From assembly GCA_038060895.1 (NCBI GenBank), contig JBBTCT010000002.1, positions 96,001 through 160,000 on the forward strand: DNA of 64,000 nt, written 5' to 3'. Position numbers and translations under genes: made by a program. The stretch is from Planctomycetota bacterium (GTDB lineage Bacteria; Planctomycetota; MHYJ01; WSZJ01). The notes under the pieces were generated by a model. The model saw only the letters and a list, made by a program, of their open reading frames with translations, had not been told where the DNA came from and made no database searches. Every line of letters begins with the position of its first letter. Position 1 is the first letter of the stretch. Shown in pieces: positions 1-8,685 of this stretch.

Positions 1-436
1 GCGCCTCGGCGACCGCGTGCGGCACCAGCAGGAGCGCGTTGCACTTCTCGTTCAGCGTGTCCATCTCGAGCTTCTTCTTCTCGAAGATGTCCGCTTCACT
101 CTGCGCCACCATCCCCTTGCCCTGCCGCGCGAACTTGTTGATCCGCTCCACGGCCGCCAGGAACTCCGGCTCGAACTTGTCGCGCGCCGCCTCTGCCGAC
201 TCCAGTGCCTTGTCCGGCATGTTGATCAGCAGCACCAGCAGCTTGACGCCGTCAACGCAATTCGCCGCCCCCACCGCCTGCGCCGCTTTCACACGCGCAT
301 CCCCGTCCGTCGTCGAAAAGGCCCGGCGGGCTTCGCCTTCGATCTGTTTCCACTCGGCGGGCGTGGGCTTTGCGAAAAGCGGAAGCGCCAGAAGTGAGGT
401 CAGCGCGAAACGGAAAGCCGCCTTGCGAAGCGACAT
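1..436 (-). CDS. Secreted HEAT-like hypothetical protein, runs off the window start
   Basis: ATG at 436 with GGAGGT RBS; MSLRKAAFRFALTSLLALPLFA signal peptide, then helical ARVKAAQAVG..VKLLVLL; open to position 1. Confidence 0.7.
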   Translation of the reverse strand, partial: MSLRKAAFRFALTSLLALPLFAKPTPAEWKQIEGEARRAFSTTDGDARVKAAQAVGAANCVDGVKLLVLLINMPDKALESAEAARDKFEPEFLAAVERINKFARQGKGMVAQSEADIFEKKKLEMDTLNEKCNALLLVPHAVAEA

Positions 437-823
437 GAAGACCTCCGGAAAGAAGGTGGGGGGAGGGTGGATCGTAGAACCGGGCGGGGGTGCAAGAGAA
501 GGGTTATTCGGAGCGTACCTCCCCGTCCGTCCGTTCCACCGTCCCGGCAACCGAGGCCTTGCGCGCTTCCAGCCGGCTGCCCACAGTCTGCGTCCGGCTG
601 TGGATCGGCGGCATGTCGTTGCCGAGAATCGGGTAGAACGCGAATGTCGGTCCGGCGGCGGGCTGGGAGTTCACGCCGGAATCGTAGCGCGCGGTCGGAA
701 GCGCGGCGCGACTTGCGGACCGCCATCCCGTTTGTGGCCTTCCACGGGTCCGGTCGATACGCTTCCCCCCGGAGTTTCCCCGAGGTGCCGTCTGGTTCCC
801 TCTCCCACTTTTGGAGTCTCTCG

Positions 824-1675
824 ATGCGTGTCGTCCTCTTCTTCGATGGCAAGAACTTCTACGCGGGCTGGAAGGATCAGGCGCACGGGCGGGACGTGGA
901 TTTCAAGAAGCTGTCGCAGTGGGTGGTGAGGGCGGTGGGTGGGTCGCACCTCATGGGGGCGTACTACTACACCGGGGTGGACGACGCGATTCCCCGGACG
1001 CCCGGGCAGGAGAAGCTCGACGGGTTTCTCGACATGCTGGCGCAGCAGCCGGGATTCTTCGTGCAGCGCTTCTCGCAGCGGAACCGGACGCACGTGTGTT
1101 CGCAGTGCCAGGCGCCGCACACGTTTTCGCAGGAGAAGGAAGTCGACACGACGATCGTTGCGGACATGCTGCGGCTCGGGGCGGTCGGCGGGTTCGACAT
1201 CGCGGTGCTCGTGTCGGGCGACGCGGACCTGACGCCGGCGGTCGAGGGCGTGCGCGCGCTTGGAAAACAGGTCTACGTCGCGAGCTGGGGGCAGTCCGGG
1301 CTGTCGTCGCGCATCCGGCGCGCGGCGTTCGATCACGTCGATCTGATGCAGGGGCTTCCCGAATTCGCGCGCGGCTTCGGGGACTTCCCGCAGGCGGAGC
1401 ACGGCCATCATTTCGGCTCGTCCGCTCCCGCCGCACAGGCCTCGCATGACCCTGAGTCTTACGTGCAGGCCAGCTACGACGAGCTCAAGCGTGCCCAGGC
1501 CACCATGCCGGGCGGCTACATCGGCGCGCACTTCTTCGTCACGAAGTGGCGCAGCAGCGTCCTGCCGGAGATGGTCGATCTGCGCCGCCGCGCGCTGGAC
1601 CTGCTGGTCGAGCGCGGGCAGGCGGAGGTGTATCTGACGGACGACGGGATTCAGGCGGTGAGGTTGAAGGCGTAG
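824..1675 (+). CDS. NYN domain (LabA/DUF88, PIN-like) protein with C-terminal extension
   Basis: MRVVLFFDGKNFY, QEKEVDTTIVADM, LVSGDADLTPAV, GKQVYV motifs; GGAG RBS before ATG 824. Confidence 0.9.
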   Translation: MRVVLFFDGKNFYAGWKDQAHGRDVDFKKLSQWVVRAVGGSHLMGAYYYTGVDDAIPRTPGQEKLDGFLDMLAQQPGFFVQRFSQRNRTHVCSQCQAPHTFSQEKEVDTTIVADMLRLGAVGGFDIAVLVSGDADLTPAVEGVRALGKQVYVASWGQSGLSSRIRRAAFDHVDLMQGLPEFARGFGDFPQAEHGHHFGSSAPAAQASHDPESYVQASYDELKRAQATMPGGYIGAHFFVTKWRSSVLPEMVDLRRRALDLLVERGQAEVYLTDDGIQAVRLKA

Positions 1676-1712
1676 GCCTGGGTTTGAGATCGGTGGTCGG
1701 GGCAAGGAGTGC

Positions 1713-1792
1713 AGTGGGTAGGGGGTAGTTGGTAGGGGGTAGGAATGCCTCCTTTTGCAACGGTCGTTCCTACCCCCTACCTCCTACCCACT
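1713..1792. repeat. Inverted repeat built from 7-nt units (GGGTAGG / CCTACCC)
   Basis: Left arm agtgggtagggggtagttggtagggggtaggaa (1713-1745); right arm ttcctaccccctacctcctacccact (1767-1792). Confidence 0.8.
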
Positions 1793-1808
1793 CCCTCGAG
1801 GTGAGACG

Positions 1809-2018
1809 CTACGGGCCTGGCGGACTTGGCGAGTGAGGGCCGGAGTTACTTCCCAGGCGGTGCGGCGAACGGATCCCGGAGTTGATCTTCTCAAACGACC
1901 GCGTCATGCCGATCGCAGGACCCAGGATTACCGTAGCAATGGCTGCGAGGACCAGGATTCTTCCAACGAGGATCCCGGTTTTGAGGCGGCCCCGGCGTTT
2001 TGGATCTTCTATTTCCAC
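1809..2018 (-). CDS. Small single-TM hypothetical protein
   Basis: 69 aa with one hydrophobic segment GILVGRILVLAAIATVILGPAIG. Confidence 0.45.
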   Translation of the reverse strand: MEIEDPKRRGRLKTGILVGRILVLAAIATVILGPAIGMTRSFEKINSGIRSPHRLGSNSGPHSPSPPGP

Positions 2019-2049
2019 CGGGCCAGACTACCAGACTGAAAGGGACCGC

Positions 2050-2454
2050 TCACTTTTCCAGCGGCGGTGCGGTAGACAGGTATCCCTTCGCCGCGTCACG
2101 CGCTTCGTCGCGTTCCTTGAGAAGCCGCTCAAGAGATGCCACGAATGTGGCTTCGACTTCAATTTCGCCGAGGCGTCGCGGCGCGTGCGAGTCGGCGGCG
2201 TCCGCTTTCGGCTCGGCGTAGCGGGCCGCTTCCGGGACGAAGCAGTTGAGCCGGTCGTCTTCGACGTTGAACGAGATGTTCGCGTCCGGCAGGTGAATCT
2301 CGCGGATCCAGTGGCCGCCGCCGTGGATCATGTCCATCGCGCCCTCGACGACCCAGACCTGGTAGACGACGGCGCGGTCCTTTTTCTCCGGCTCGCTGCC
2401 CGCGAGGAGAGGAAACATGAGGCATAGGAAGAGAATTCCGGGAAATCGAGGCAT
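2050..2454 (-). CDS. Secreted hypothetical protein
   Basis: GGAGGT RBS; signal peptide MPRFPGILFLCLMFPLLAG; GC3-rich codons. Confidence 0.7.
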   Translation of the reverse strand: MPRFPGILFLCLMFPLLAGSEPEKKDRAVVYQVWVVEGAMDMIHGGGHWIREIHLPDANISFNVEDDRLNCFVPEAARYAEPKADAADSHAPRRLGEIEVEATFVASLERLLKERDEARDAAKGYLSTAPPLEK

Positions 2455-2676
2455 TCGGACCTCCAGCGAGGGTTGGCGTTGGGGGGGCGAGTCTGTGGAG
2501 GAGACGTCTGCGGTGCGAGGAATTGCAGTCTCAAATTGACAGTACGCGATGCGACATCTGCGCGTGTCTGCGTCGATCGCGTTTTATCTGCGCGACGCAT
2601 TTCCGTTTACTCACGTGTCTTGCGAGTGCCGGAGCGCATGCCCTCCGTCACGCTGCGCAGGCAGGTGCAGACAGAA

Positions 2677-3555
2677 TCACGCTTCCAGCATCACCACCCG
2701 CAGCGTCCTGAATACAAACTCCTCGAAATCCGCGTTCGACGCCGCAAACGCGCACGCCATCGCGTGCTTCGTGCACCAGCTTTCGACTTCCTTCTTGAAG
2801 CCCTCGACGCGGGCGCGGTAGGCGCGCACGACGGTCGCATTGAGCGAGAGGTCCACGGCGGTGCCGGTCTCCGCGTCGATGTACCTCACGTCGTCGGCAT
2901 CCTGCGGGTCGAGCTCCTCCGGCGCGAGGATGTGGATGACGGCGGGCTGGAAGCCGCCGTGGGCGAGCTGCGCCAGCGGCTTTTCCCAGCCCGCGGGATC
3001 GAGAAAATCCGTCAGGACGAAGACCGGGCCGCGGCGCGGGTTCCGCGCGAGGAAACTCTTCACCGTCCCCGTGAGCGACGTCTGGCCCGAGGGCTCCAGT
3101 CCTTCCAGGAACTTCAGCAGCTTGAAAATGTTCGCCTTGCCCCGCTCCGGGCCCAGCTTTTCTCCCTGCTCCGCCGCGTACGGCACGATCGTCACGCGGT
3201 CCAGGTTCGCGAGGCCGATGTAGGCGAGCGCCGCGGCACAGCGTTTCGCGAACTCGAGCTTCGGCGGATTGCCGAAGCCCATCGAAGCGCTGGTATCGAC
3301 CAGGAAATGCACGCTCAGGTCCTCTTCCTCGACGTAGAGCTTGAGAAACAGCCGGTCCATGCGCGCCGCAGCGTTCCAGTCGATGTAGCGCGGGTCGTCG
3401 CCCGCAACGTACTCGCGGTAGTCGGCGAACTCCACCGAGATGCCGCGCTTCGTCGAGCGCCGCTCCCCCTGCATGCGGCCGGCGAAGGCGCGGCGGACGC
3501 GGATGGCGAGGCGCTCGAGGCGGCGGATGAAGGGTGGGGAGAGGAGGTCGCTCAC
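2677..3555 (-). CDS. DUF58 family protein (vWA-like, MoxR-associated)
   Basis: GERRSTKRGISVEFADYREYVAGDDPRYIDWN and VDTSASM motifs; GTG at 3555 overlaps upstream stop (GTGA). Confidence 0.92.
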   Translation of the reverse strand: MSDLLSPPFIRRLERLAIRVRRAFAGRMQGERRSTKRGISVEFADYREYVAGDDPRYIDWNAAARMDRLFLKLYVEEEDLSVHFLVDTSASMGFGNPPKLEFAKRCAAALAYIGLANLDRVTIVPYAAEQGEKLGPERGKANIFKLLKFLEGLEPSGQTSLTGTVKSFLARNPRRGPVFVLTDFLDPAGWEKPLAQLAHGGFQPAVIHILAPEELDPQDADDVRYIDAETGTAVDLSLNATVVRAYRARVEGFKKEVESWCTKHAMACAFAASNADFEEFVFRTLRVVMLEA

Positions 3556-5207
3556 GAAGCGCTCACCGAGGGCGCGGGTTCTTCCGCGGGGGGATCGGGA
3601 GCGACGACGGGGCCGCGCGGGAACGCCGTATCCGCCGCTTCGATGGCGTCGCGGTTTGCCCTTTCGCGCTGGAAATCGGCGGCGAACCCGACGATGGCCA
3701 TGAGGCCCCCGAGGCCGGCGTGGAAGATGATGAACGGCCAGTAAACGGCGCGGTGGAAACCGATTTCGGGCATCGGGTAGCCGCCGGAGCCCGGCGTGCC
3801 CGGCCAGGAGACGGCGAAGAAGACTTTGTAGAGCAGCCAGGGGTAGCACATGTACCCCGGCGCGTCCCACTCCAGCCGGTCGTCGTAGGGGTAGCTCCCG
3901 TAGGCCGCATACTGCCAGACGGCGCTTCCGATCGGGATCGCCGCCAGCGTGAACGCCGCGAGGGCGCGGGCGAGGCCCTTGGGGATGGGGAGGGACGACA
4001 GCCAGAGGCAGAGACCGCAGGCGAAGACGATCTGCGACATCGCGATGGCGCCGGTGAGCCAGAGCGCGGCGTCGGGCTGGTCGGCGTCGGGGGCGAGCTT
4101 CGACGTCGCGATGGCGCCGCCGATCGCGAGCGCGAATGCCGTGGACACGAGGGCGAACGCGAGACCGCGGCGGCCGCCGGGGGCGAACAGATGCAGGGGG
4201 AGGAGAACGCCCTTGAGGCGGGCGAGTTGCTTGAAGAGCCTTTTCCCTTCAGGGACGGCGTCGGCGGCGAAGAAGGCGAAGAGGATGCCGGCGACCGACA
4301 CGAACATCCACCAGGTGTAGAGCGACAGGTAGCGCATTTCCACGTCGCGGATCCTGAAAAAGCTCGCGAAGTTCATGAGGGCGACGCCGGCCGCGATGGG
4401 GAGGAAGCAGAGCGCGAAGATTCGCAGCGCGGTGGTTTTGTTCGAGCCCCAGGGCTTCAGCCGGTTCACGGCCATGATGAACAGGAACGAGAACGGCGCA
4501 GCGAAGGCGTAGAGGGCGTCCAGGGTAAACAGGCCGGCGTGCTCCGAGACCGCTTCAATGATTTCGGTCAGGTCGTCGTGGCCGCGCATTGAGCTGTCGA
4601 TGACCTCGATGAGTCCGGCGCCGACGGGGAATCCGACCAGGAAGACGGGGATGTAGGACATGCCGACGGCGCGGGCGATCGATTGCGCCGTGGCACTTGC
4701 GTAGATCCCCCAGATGGCGATGAGGGCGGCGAAAAGGAACAGGCCGGCGTACGCGACGACCGGTTCCCAGCCTGAAAGGCCGCCGTACCAGATAGGGAGG
4801 GCCATGAGGGGGAGGCCGGCGAAGAGGTAGACCGCGACGTAGCCGAGCGCGGCCATGAGCTGTCCCCAGACGATCTGCCAGGGCCGGATGGTCGTGGTCA
4901 TGAGGAGCTCGAGCGTGGATTTGTCCTTCTCGCGCACGATGGACGTGCCGGCGAAGCCGGGGACGAGAAGCGCGATCAGCCCCGCCTGGATGGTGACGAG
5001 GATCCCGAACGTCGCCTGGCCGATCGTGTTTCCCGGCGCGCCTTCCTGCTCCATGCTGAAGGCGCAGGTCCAGAGGATGAAGAGCGCGATTGCGAGAGCG
5101 GCGGTGAAGAACAGGACGAAGCGCCACCCGCGGAACGTCGCGCGCAGCTCGCGGGTCTGGATCGGCCCGGCGGCCATTTCGTAGAGGAAGCTGGTGAAGC
5201 GGTTCAC
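3552..5207 (-). CDS. ABC-2 type transporter permease
   Basis: Multi-TM; SIVREKDKSTLELLMTT..QIVWGQL motif; coupled to the ATPase gene. Confidence 0.85.
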   Translation of the reverse strand: MNRFTSFLYEMAAGPIQTRELRATFRGWRFVLFFTAALAIALFILWTCAFSMEQEGAPGNTIGQATFGILVTIQAGLIALLVPGFAGTSIVREKDKSTLELLMTTTIRPWQIVWGQLMAALGYVAVYLFAGLPLMALPIWYGGLSGWEPVVAYAGLFLFAALIAIWGIYASATAQSIARAVGMSYIPVFLVGFPVGAGLIEVIDSSMRGHDDLTEIIEAVSEHAGLFTLDALYAFAAPFSFLFIMAVNRLKPWGSNKTTALRIFALCFLPIAAGVALMNFASFFRIRDVEMRYLSLYTWWMFVSVAGILFAFFAADAVPEGKRLFKQLARLKGVLLPLHLFAPGGRRGLAFALVSTAFALAIGGAIATSKLAPDADQPDAALWLTGAIAMSQIVFACGLCLWLSSLPIPKGLARALAAFTLAAIPIGSAVWQYAAYGSYPYDDRLEWDAPGYMCYPWLLYKVFFAVSWPGTPGSGGYPMPEIGFHRAVYWPFIIFHAGLGGLMAIVGFAADFQRERANRDAIEAADTAFPRGPVVAPDPPAEEPAPSVSAS

Positions 5208-6127
5208 TGGACCTCCCCGCGGGTGATCCGGAGGAAGAGGTCCTCGAGGTTTGCCTTTTCTTCCTCGAGCCCGAGGATCGGGATGCCGGCGACCGCGAGG
5301 GTGTGGACGATGCCCGCGATTTCCTGCTCATCGCCCATGTGCCGGAAGCGGACAGCTTTTTCCAGTGTCTCGACAACCTGGACGCTGGTGAACGCGGCGA
5401 GCGCCTCGACGGCTTTCGCAGGCTCGAAGGTCTTGAGCGCGAGCGTGCGGCCGGGATTCATGCGCTCGATGATCTTCTGGATGCTCCCCGCCGCGACGAG
5501 CGCGCCCTTCTCGAGAATCCCGACGCTCGAGCACATGTCGGCGAGCTCGGTGAGGATGTGGCTGGAGACGATGATCGTCTTTCCCATCGCGCCGAGCTCC
5601 TTGAGCAGGGCGCGCAGCTCGATCCGGGCGCGGGGGTCGAGCCCGGCGGCGGGCTCGTCGAGGATGAGGACCGCGGGATCGTGAAGAAGCGTCTTGGCGA
5701 GAATGAGCCGCTGGCGCATGCCCTTGGAGAGGCTCGTCGCCAGCTTGTAGCGCAGCCCGCCGAGATCGGTCAGCTCCATCACTCCTTCGATCGTGGATTT
5801 GCGCTTCGCCCGCGGCACGCCGTAGGTGCCCGCGAAGAAATCGAGGTATTCCCAGACGTCGATCCCCTCGTACACGCCGGAGTAGTCCGGCATGTAGCCG
5901 ATCATCCGGCGGACCTGTTCCGGGAACTCGAGGACGTTCATGCCGTCCACGCGCGCCATGCCGGTGGTGGGTTCGAGAAGCGTCGAGAGCACGCGCATCG
6001 TCGTGGTCTTTCCCGCTCCGTTGGGGCCGATGAAGCCGAAGATCTCCCCGCGCGGCACCGTGAAGGTGATGCCGTTCACGGCCGTGAAGGGGCCGAAAGT
6101 TTTGACGAGGTCGAGGACTTCGATCAT
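5204..6127 (-). CDS. ABC transporter ATP-binding protein
   Basis: GPNGAGKTT Walker A, LSKGM signature, ILDEP Walker B, SSH; ATG at 6127 overlapping upstream TGA. Confidence 0.95.
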   Translation of the reverse strand: MIEVLDLVKTFGPFTAVNGITFTVPRGEIFGFIGPNGAGKTTTMRVLSTLLEPTTGMARVDGMNVLEFPEQVRRMIGYMPDYSGVYEGIDVWEYLDFFAGTYGVPRAKRKSTIEGVMELTDLGGLRYKLATSLSKGMRQRLILAKTLLHDPAVLILDEPAAGLDPRARIELRALLKELGAMGKTIIVSSHILTELADMCSSVGILEKGALVAAGSIQKIIERMNPGRTLALKTFEPAKAVEALAAFTSVQVVETLEKAVRFRHMGDEQEIAGIVHTLAVAGIPILGLEEEKANLEDLFLRITRGEVQ

Positions 6128-7992
6128 CAGCGTTCCTTCTCCACCGGGAGGATGATGACGGTCCGGTCGCTGACCACTTCCGCCGGAGCGCCGTCGACCG
6201 TCGGCGTCGGCGCAGTGCCTTTCAGGAGCGCGACGACGGCGACTTCCGTCGTGCGCATGAACTGCGGATCGAGCGAGCGAAGCAGCGTCGCCGTCGGCGA
6301 TTCGTCGGAGAGATCGGTGAACGGCGACTTCGCCCCCCTGCTGAAGGCCGGCAGTTTTCCCGCGAAGCTCTTCCCCGACGGGATCGCCCCGAGCTTGAGC
6401 ACGCGCGCCCCCGCTTCGTAGTACCACGCTTCCTCGATGTCGTACCGCGTGCCGTTGACGACCGTCAGCCCGGTTCCGATCCGCGCCGTGATGGTCCCGA
6501 TGTCGCGCCGGCCGATGACGTAGTAGTACGCGGGCTCATTCGGCTCGAAGGCGCGGCGGGTCGCGTTGCCGTCCGCGCCGCCGTACGCCATGTTGCCGCG
6601 CACCTGCACGCGCCCGCCCGTCATCTCCGTCATGCGCCCCGTTGGCGAGTCGAGCAGCGCTTCGCGCCGCTTCCCCGCCACCGCGACGATGTGCTCGCGC
6701 GCGAGCCAGCGGTCCCCCGCGTCCGGCCTGAGAATGGTGACGCGGTTGACCTGGATACGGTTGTCCCGCACGAACCATCCGCCGACCAGGATGAGTACCG
6801 TGACCGCCAGCCCTGCCGCCGGGACGGTGAGCACCGTCAGCGCCGGCGCATGCCGGCGGCGCAGGAGCCAGAAATTCGCGGGGCCGATTCCGAGGACGTA
6901 CACGAAGAGCCCCAGGAGAACACCCGCGGTCGCGGGGTAGCCGACCACGCCCTGCCCGAGCGCGACCATGAAACCGCGCCAGTACCACGTACCGTGAATG
7001 TCGGAGTACTCGGCCCAGGTGAGGGGTTTAAACGGAAGCGCGTTCAGGATGTCCTCCGCGAACCCGGTGAGTCCCCGGCGCGTCGGATCCGGTTTTGCCA
7101 GCGACGGAAGCGTCGTGTCGAACGTGACCGCCGCGACGCGCCCGCGACCGACGCTCCAGACGTTGGTGAGATTTCCGGATTGTGCAAAGAGCGGCCCGTC
7201 GCCGCCGGCCTCGAAGGACATCACGGTTTCGGGATTGTTGTTCCCGAAGTAGAGCTGGCGGAGATCGGGCTCGGCGTCGGTCACGCGCCCCATGTCCACG
7301 AGTTGCTTCACGCCCGGCGACTCGAACCACTTCCGGTCCGACCCCGGCAGGAGCAGGACTTGCCCCCCGAGGTCCACCCACGCGCAGAGCGAACGCCGCT
7401 GCTCCTCGGACCACGCCCCGAGGTCAACGCCCGCGAGCACGACCAGCCCCGCGGTCGTCCAGCCCTCGACGTGCTCGGGGAGGTGAGCTTCCTCGGCATC
7501 CCACCGCTGGTATCGCCCCGCCAGCTTCGCGAGCGTCAGCGAAGCGAACAGCACCGCCGGCTGCTCCGGCCGCGACACAACCACCAGCGTCTTCTCCGGT
7601 CCACCGAGCCAGGTCCCCGGCGATTTCTTCTGCACGATTTCACGCCCGCGCGCATCCCGGAGCCGCAACACGAGTTCCGCCCGCACGCCGGCGCCGTTGG
7701 CGAGGACGAGGAAGAAGCGCTTCTTCGAGCCCGGCGCAATGGCGACGTCGCGGCGTGCGGAGGTCCCGGTCGCGCGGAAGCCGGGCAGTTCGACCTCGAG
7801 CGTCCCCTTGAACTCGGTAGAGTCGCTGTTCTCGACCTCAGCCCACGTCTCGATCCAATGTTCGGTCGAGCGAGGGGGGAGGCAGAAGCCGCCGTCGACG
7901 GTGGGGGTGGCATGAGCTGCGGCGGTGAGCGCGAAGAGCGCCGCGGCAGCCAGACCGGGGAGACGCCGCGTGGAGCGGACGGAATTTGAAAT
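6127..7992 (-). CDS. Membrane-anchored secreted protein of the DUF58/ABC locus; probable non-canonical ATT start
   Basis: Frame open from TAA (8001-7999) through a signal peptide RRLPGLAAAALFALTAAAHA; central LCAWVDLGG..GRGRV domain; TM pair YVLGIGPANFWLLRR. Confidence 0.75.
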   Translation of the reverse strand: MSNSVRSTRRLPGLAAAALFALTAAAHATPTVDGGFCLPPRSTEHWIETWAEVENSDSTEFKGTLEVELPGFRATGTSARRDVAIAPGSKKRFFLVLANGAGVRAELVLRLRDARGREIVQKKSPGTWLGGPEKTLVVVSRPEQPAVLFASLTLAKLAGRYQRWDAEEAHLPEHVEGWTTAGLVVLAGVDLGAWSEEQRRSLCAWVDLGGQVLLLPGSDRKWFESPGVKQLVDMGRVTDAEPDLRQLYFGNNNPETVMSFEAGGDGPLFAQSGNLTNVWSVGRGRVAAVTFDTTLPSLAKPDPTRRGLTGFAEDILNALPFKPLTWAEYSDIHGTWYWRGFMVALGQGVVGYPATAGVLLGLFVYVLGIGPANFWLLRRRHAPALTVLTVPAAGLAVTVLILVGGWFVRDNRIQVNRVTILRPDAGDRWLAREHIVAVAGKRREALLDSPTGRMTEMTGGRVQVRGNMAYGGADGNATRRAFEPNEPAYYYVIGRRDIGTITARIGTGLTVVNGTRYDIEEAWYYEAGARVLKLGAIPSGKSFAGKLPAFSRGAKSPFTDLSDESPTATLLRSLDPQFMRTTEVAVVALLKGTAPTPTVDGAPAEVVSDRTVIILPVEKER

Positions 7993-8039
7993 GGGTGCTT
8001 ACCTAACAGCGGGGGGCCTGGGTCGGAGGGAAAACAGAG

Positions 8040-8196
8040 AACTTCAACTCACAATTTCAACTCACAATTTCCAAGCAAACGGAGAACTACAAGACGACAA
8101 CTTCAAGTTCCTGCGTCGAATGGCTGTTCTTGAAGTTGGCTTCTTGTAGTTCTCCGTTTGCTTGGAAATTGTGAGTTGAAGTTGTGAGTTGAAGTT
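8040..8196. repeat. Long near-perfect inverted repeat with 6-7 nt internal units
   Basis: ~68-bp arms 8040-8107 and 8129-8196 (aacttcaactcacaatttcaactcacaatttccaagcaaacggagaactacaag and its reverse complement). Confidence 0.9.
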
Positions 8197-8232
8197 GTCC
8201 GTCCCCGGAGGCCACCCCATCCGCGGTCGCAG

Positions 8233-8670
8233 CTACTTCAGCGAGTCAAAGTAGTCTTTGACCGCCCGCCGGTACTCCTCAGGGTACGCCTCGTCATCCA
8301 TCGCTTTTTCCATGTCCGCTCGATACTTCAGCAGCACCTTCTCGAACGGCACGCTGGCCGTTCCCTCTTCGGCGTCCGCATACCCGCCGTCGCCGACGAC
8401 TTCGCCGGGGTCGCCCGCCCCCGAGGGGACTTCCACCTGCTCGTCGTGGAACTCGACCGGCTTGCGCGCGCGCTCTTTTCCCATCACCTTGTTCTTGTGC
8501 CCGCCGCCGGGACCAGGGCCGCCTTCGCCGTCCTCGACCCACTCCTCGTCGTCGCCGCCGTCGTCACCTTTGCCACCTGCCAGCTTGTTCTGCGCCTTGC
8601 GCGAAGCGCGTCCCGCCCGGCCGAGCGCCAGTTCCCCTTTCGATCCGAGGCCGCGAATCCAGCGGCCCAT
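8233..8670 (-). CDS. Gly-rich C-terminal segment ending YPEEYRRAVKDYFDSLK; probably the read-through continuation of 8686..10041
   Basis: Same frame as the upstream ORF and separated from it by one TGA; the PxxYRxxVxxYF tail is typical of coiled-coil proteins in vWA/MoxR-type loci. Confidence 0.7.
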   Translation of the reverse strand: MGRWIRGLGSKGELALGRAGRASRKAQNKLAGGKGDDGGDDEEWVEDGEGGPGPGGGHKNKVMGKERARKPVEFHDEQVEVPSGAGDPGEVVGDGGYADAEEGTASVPFEKVLLKYRADMEKAMDDEAYPEEYRRAVKDYFDSLK

Positions 8671-8685
8671 TCCGCCTCCACCCTT

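Noticed and set aside
243-255. TTGACGCCGTCAA as a member of the 17-bp palindrome family
   Set aside because: Spacing is 6-1-6 rather than 8-1-8; may be chance.
503-675. Small minus-strand ORF (MNSQPAAGPTFAFYPILG..., ~56 aa)
   Set aside because: No RBS or recognisable motif; lies in a divergent promoter region.
1809-2018. Flp pilin call
   Set aside because: Lacks the G/xxxxEY prepilin motif and has no tad genes nearby.
2518-2676. Structured ncRNA or riboswitch in the intergenic region
   Set aside because: Only short TCTGCG repeats; no recognisable conserved RNA structure.
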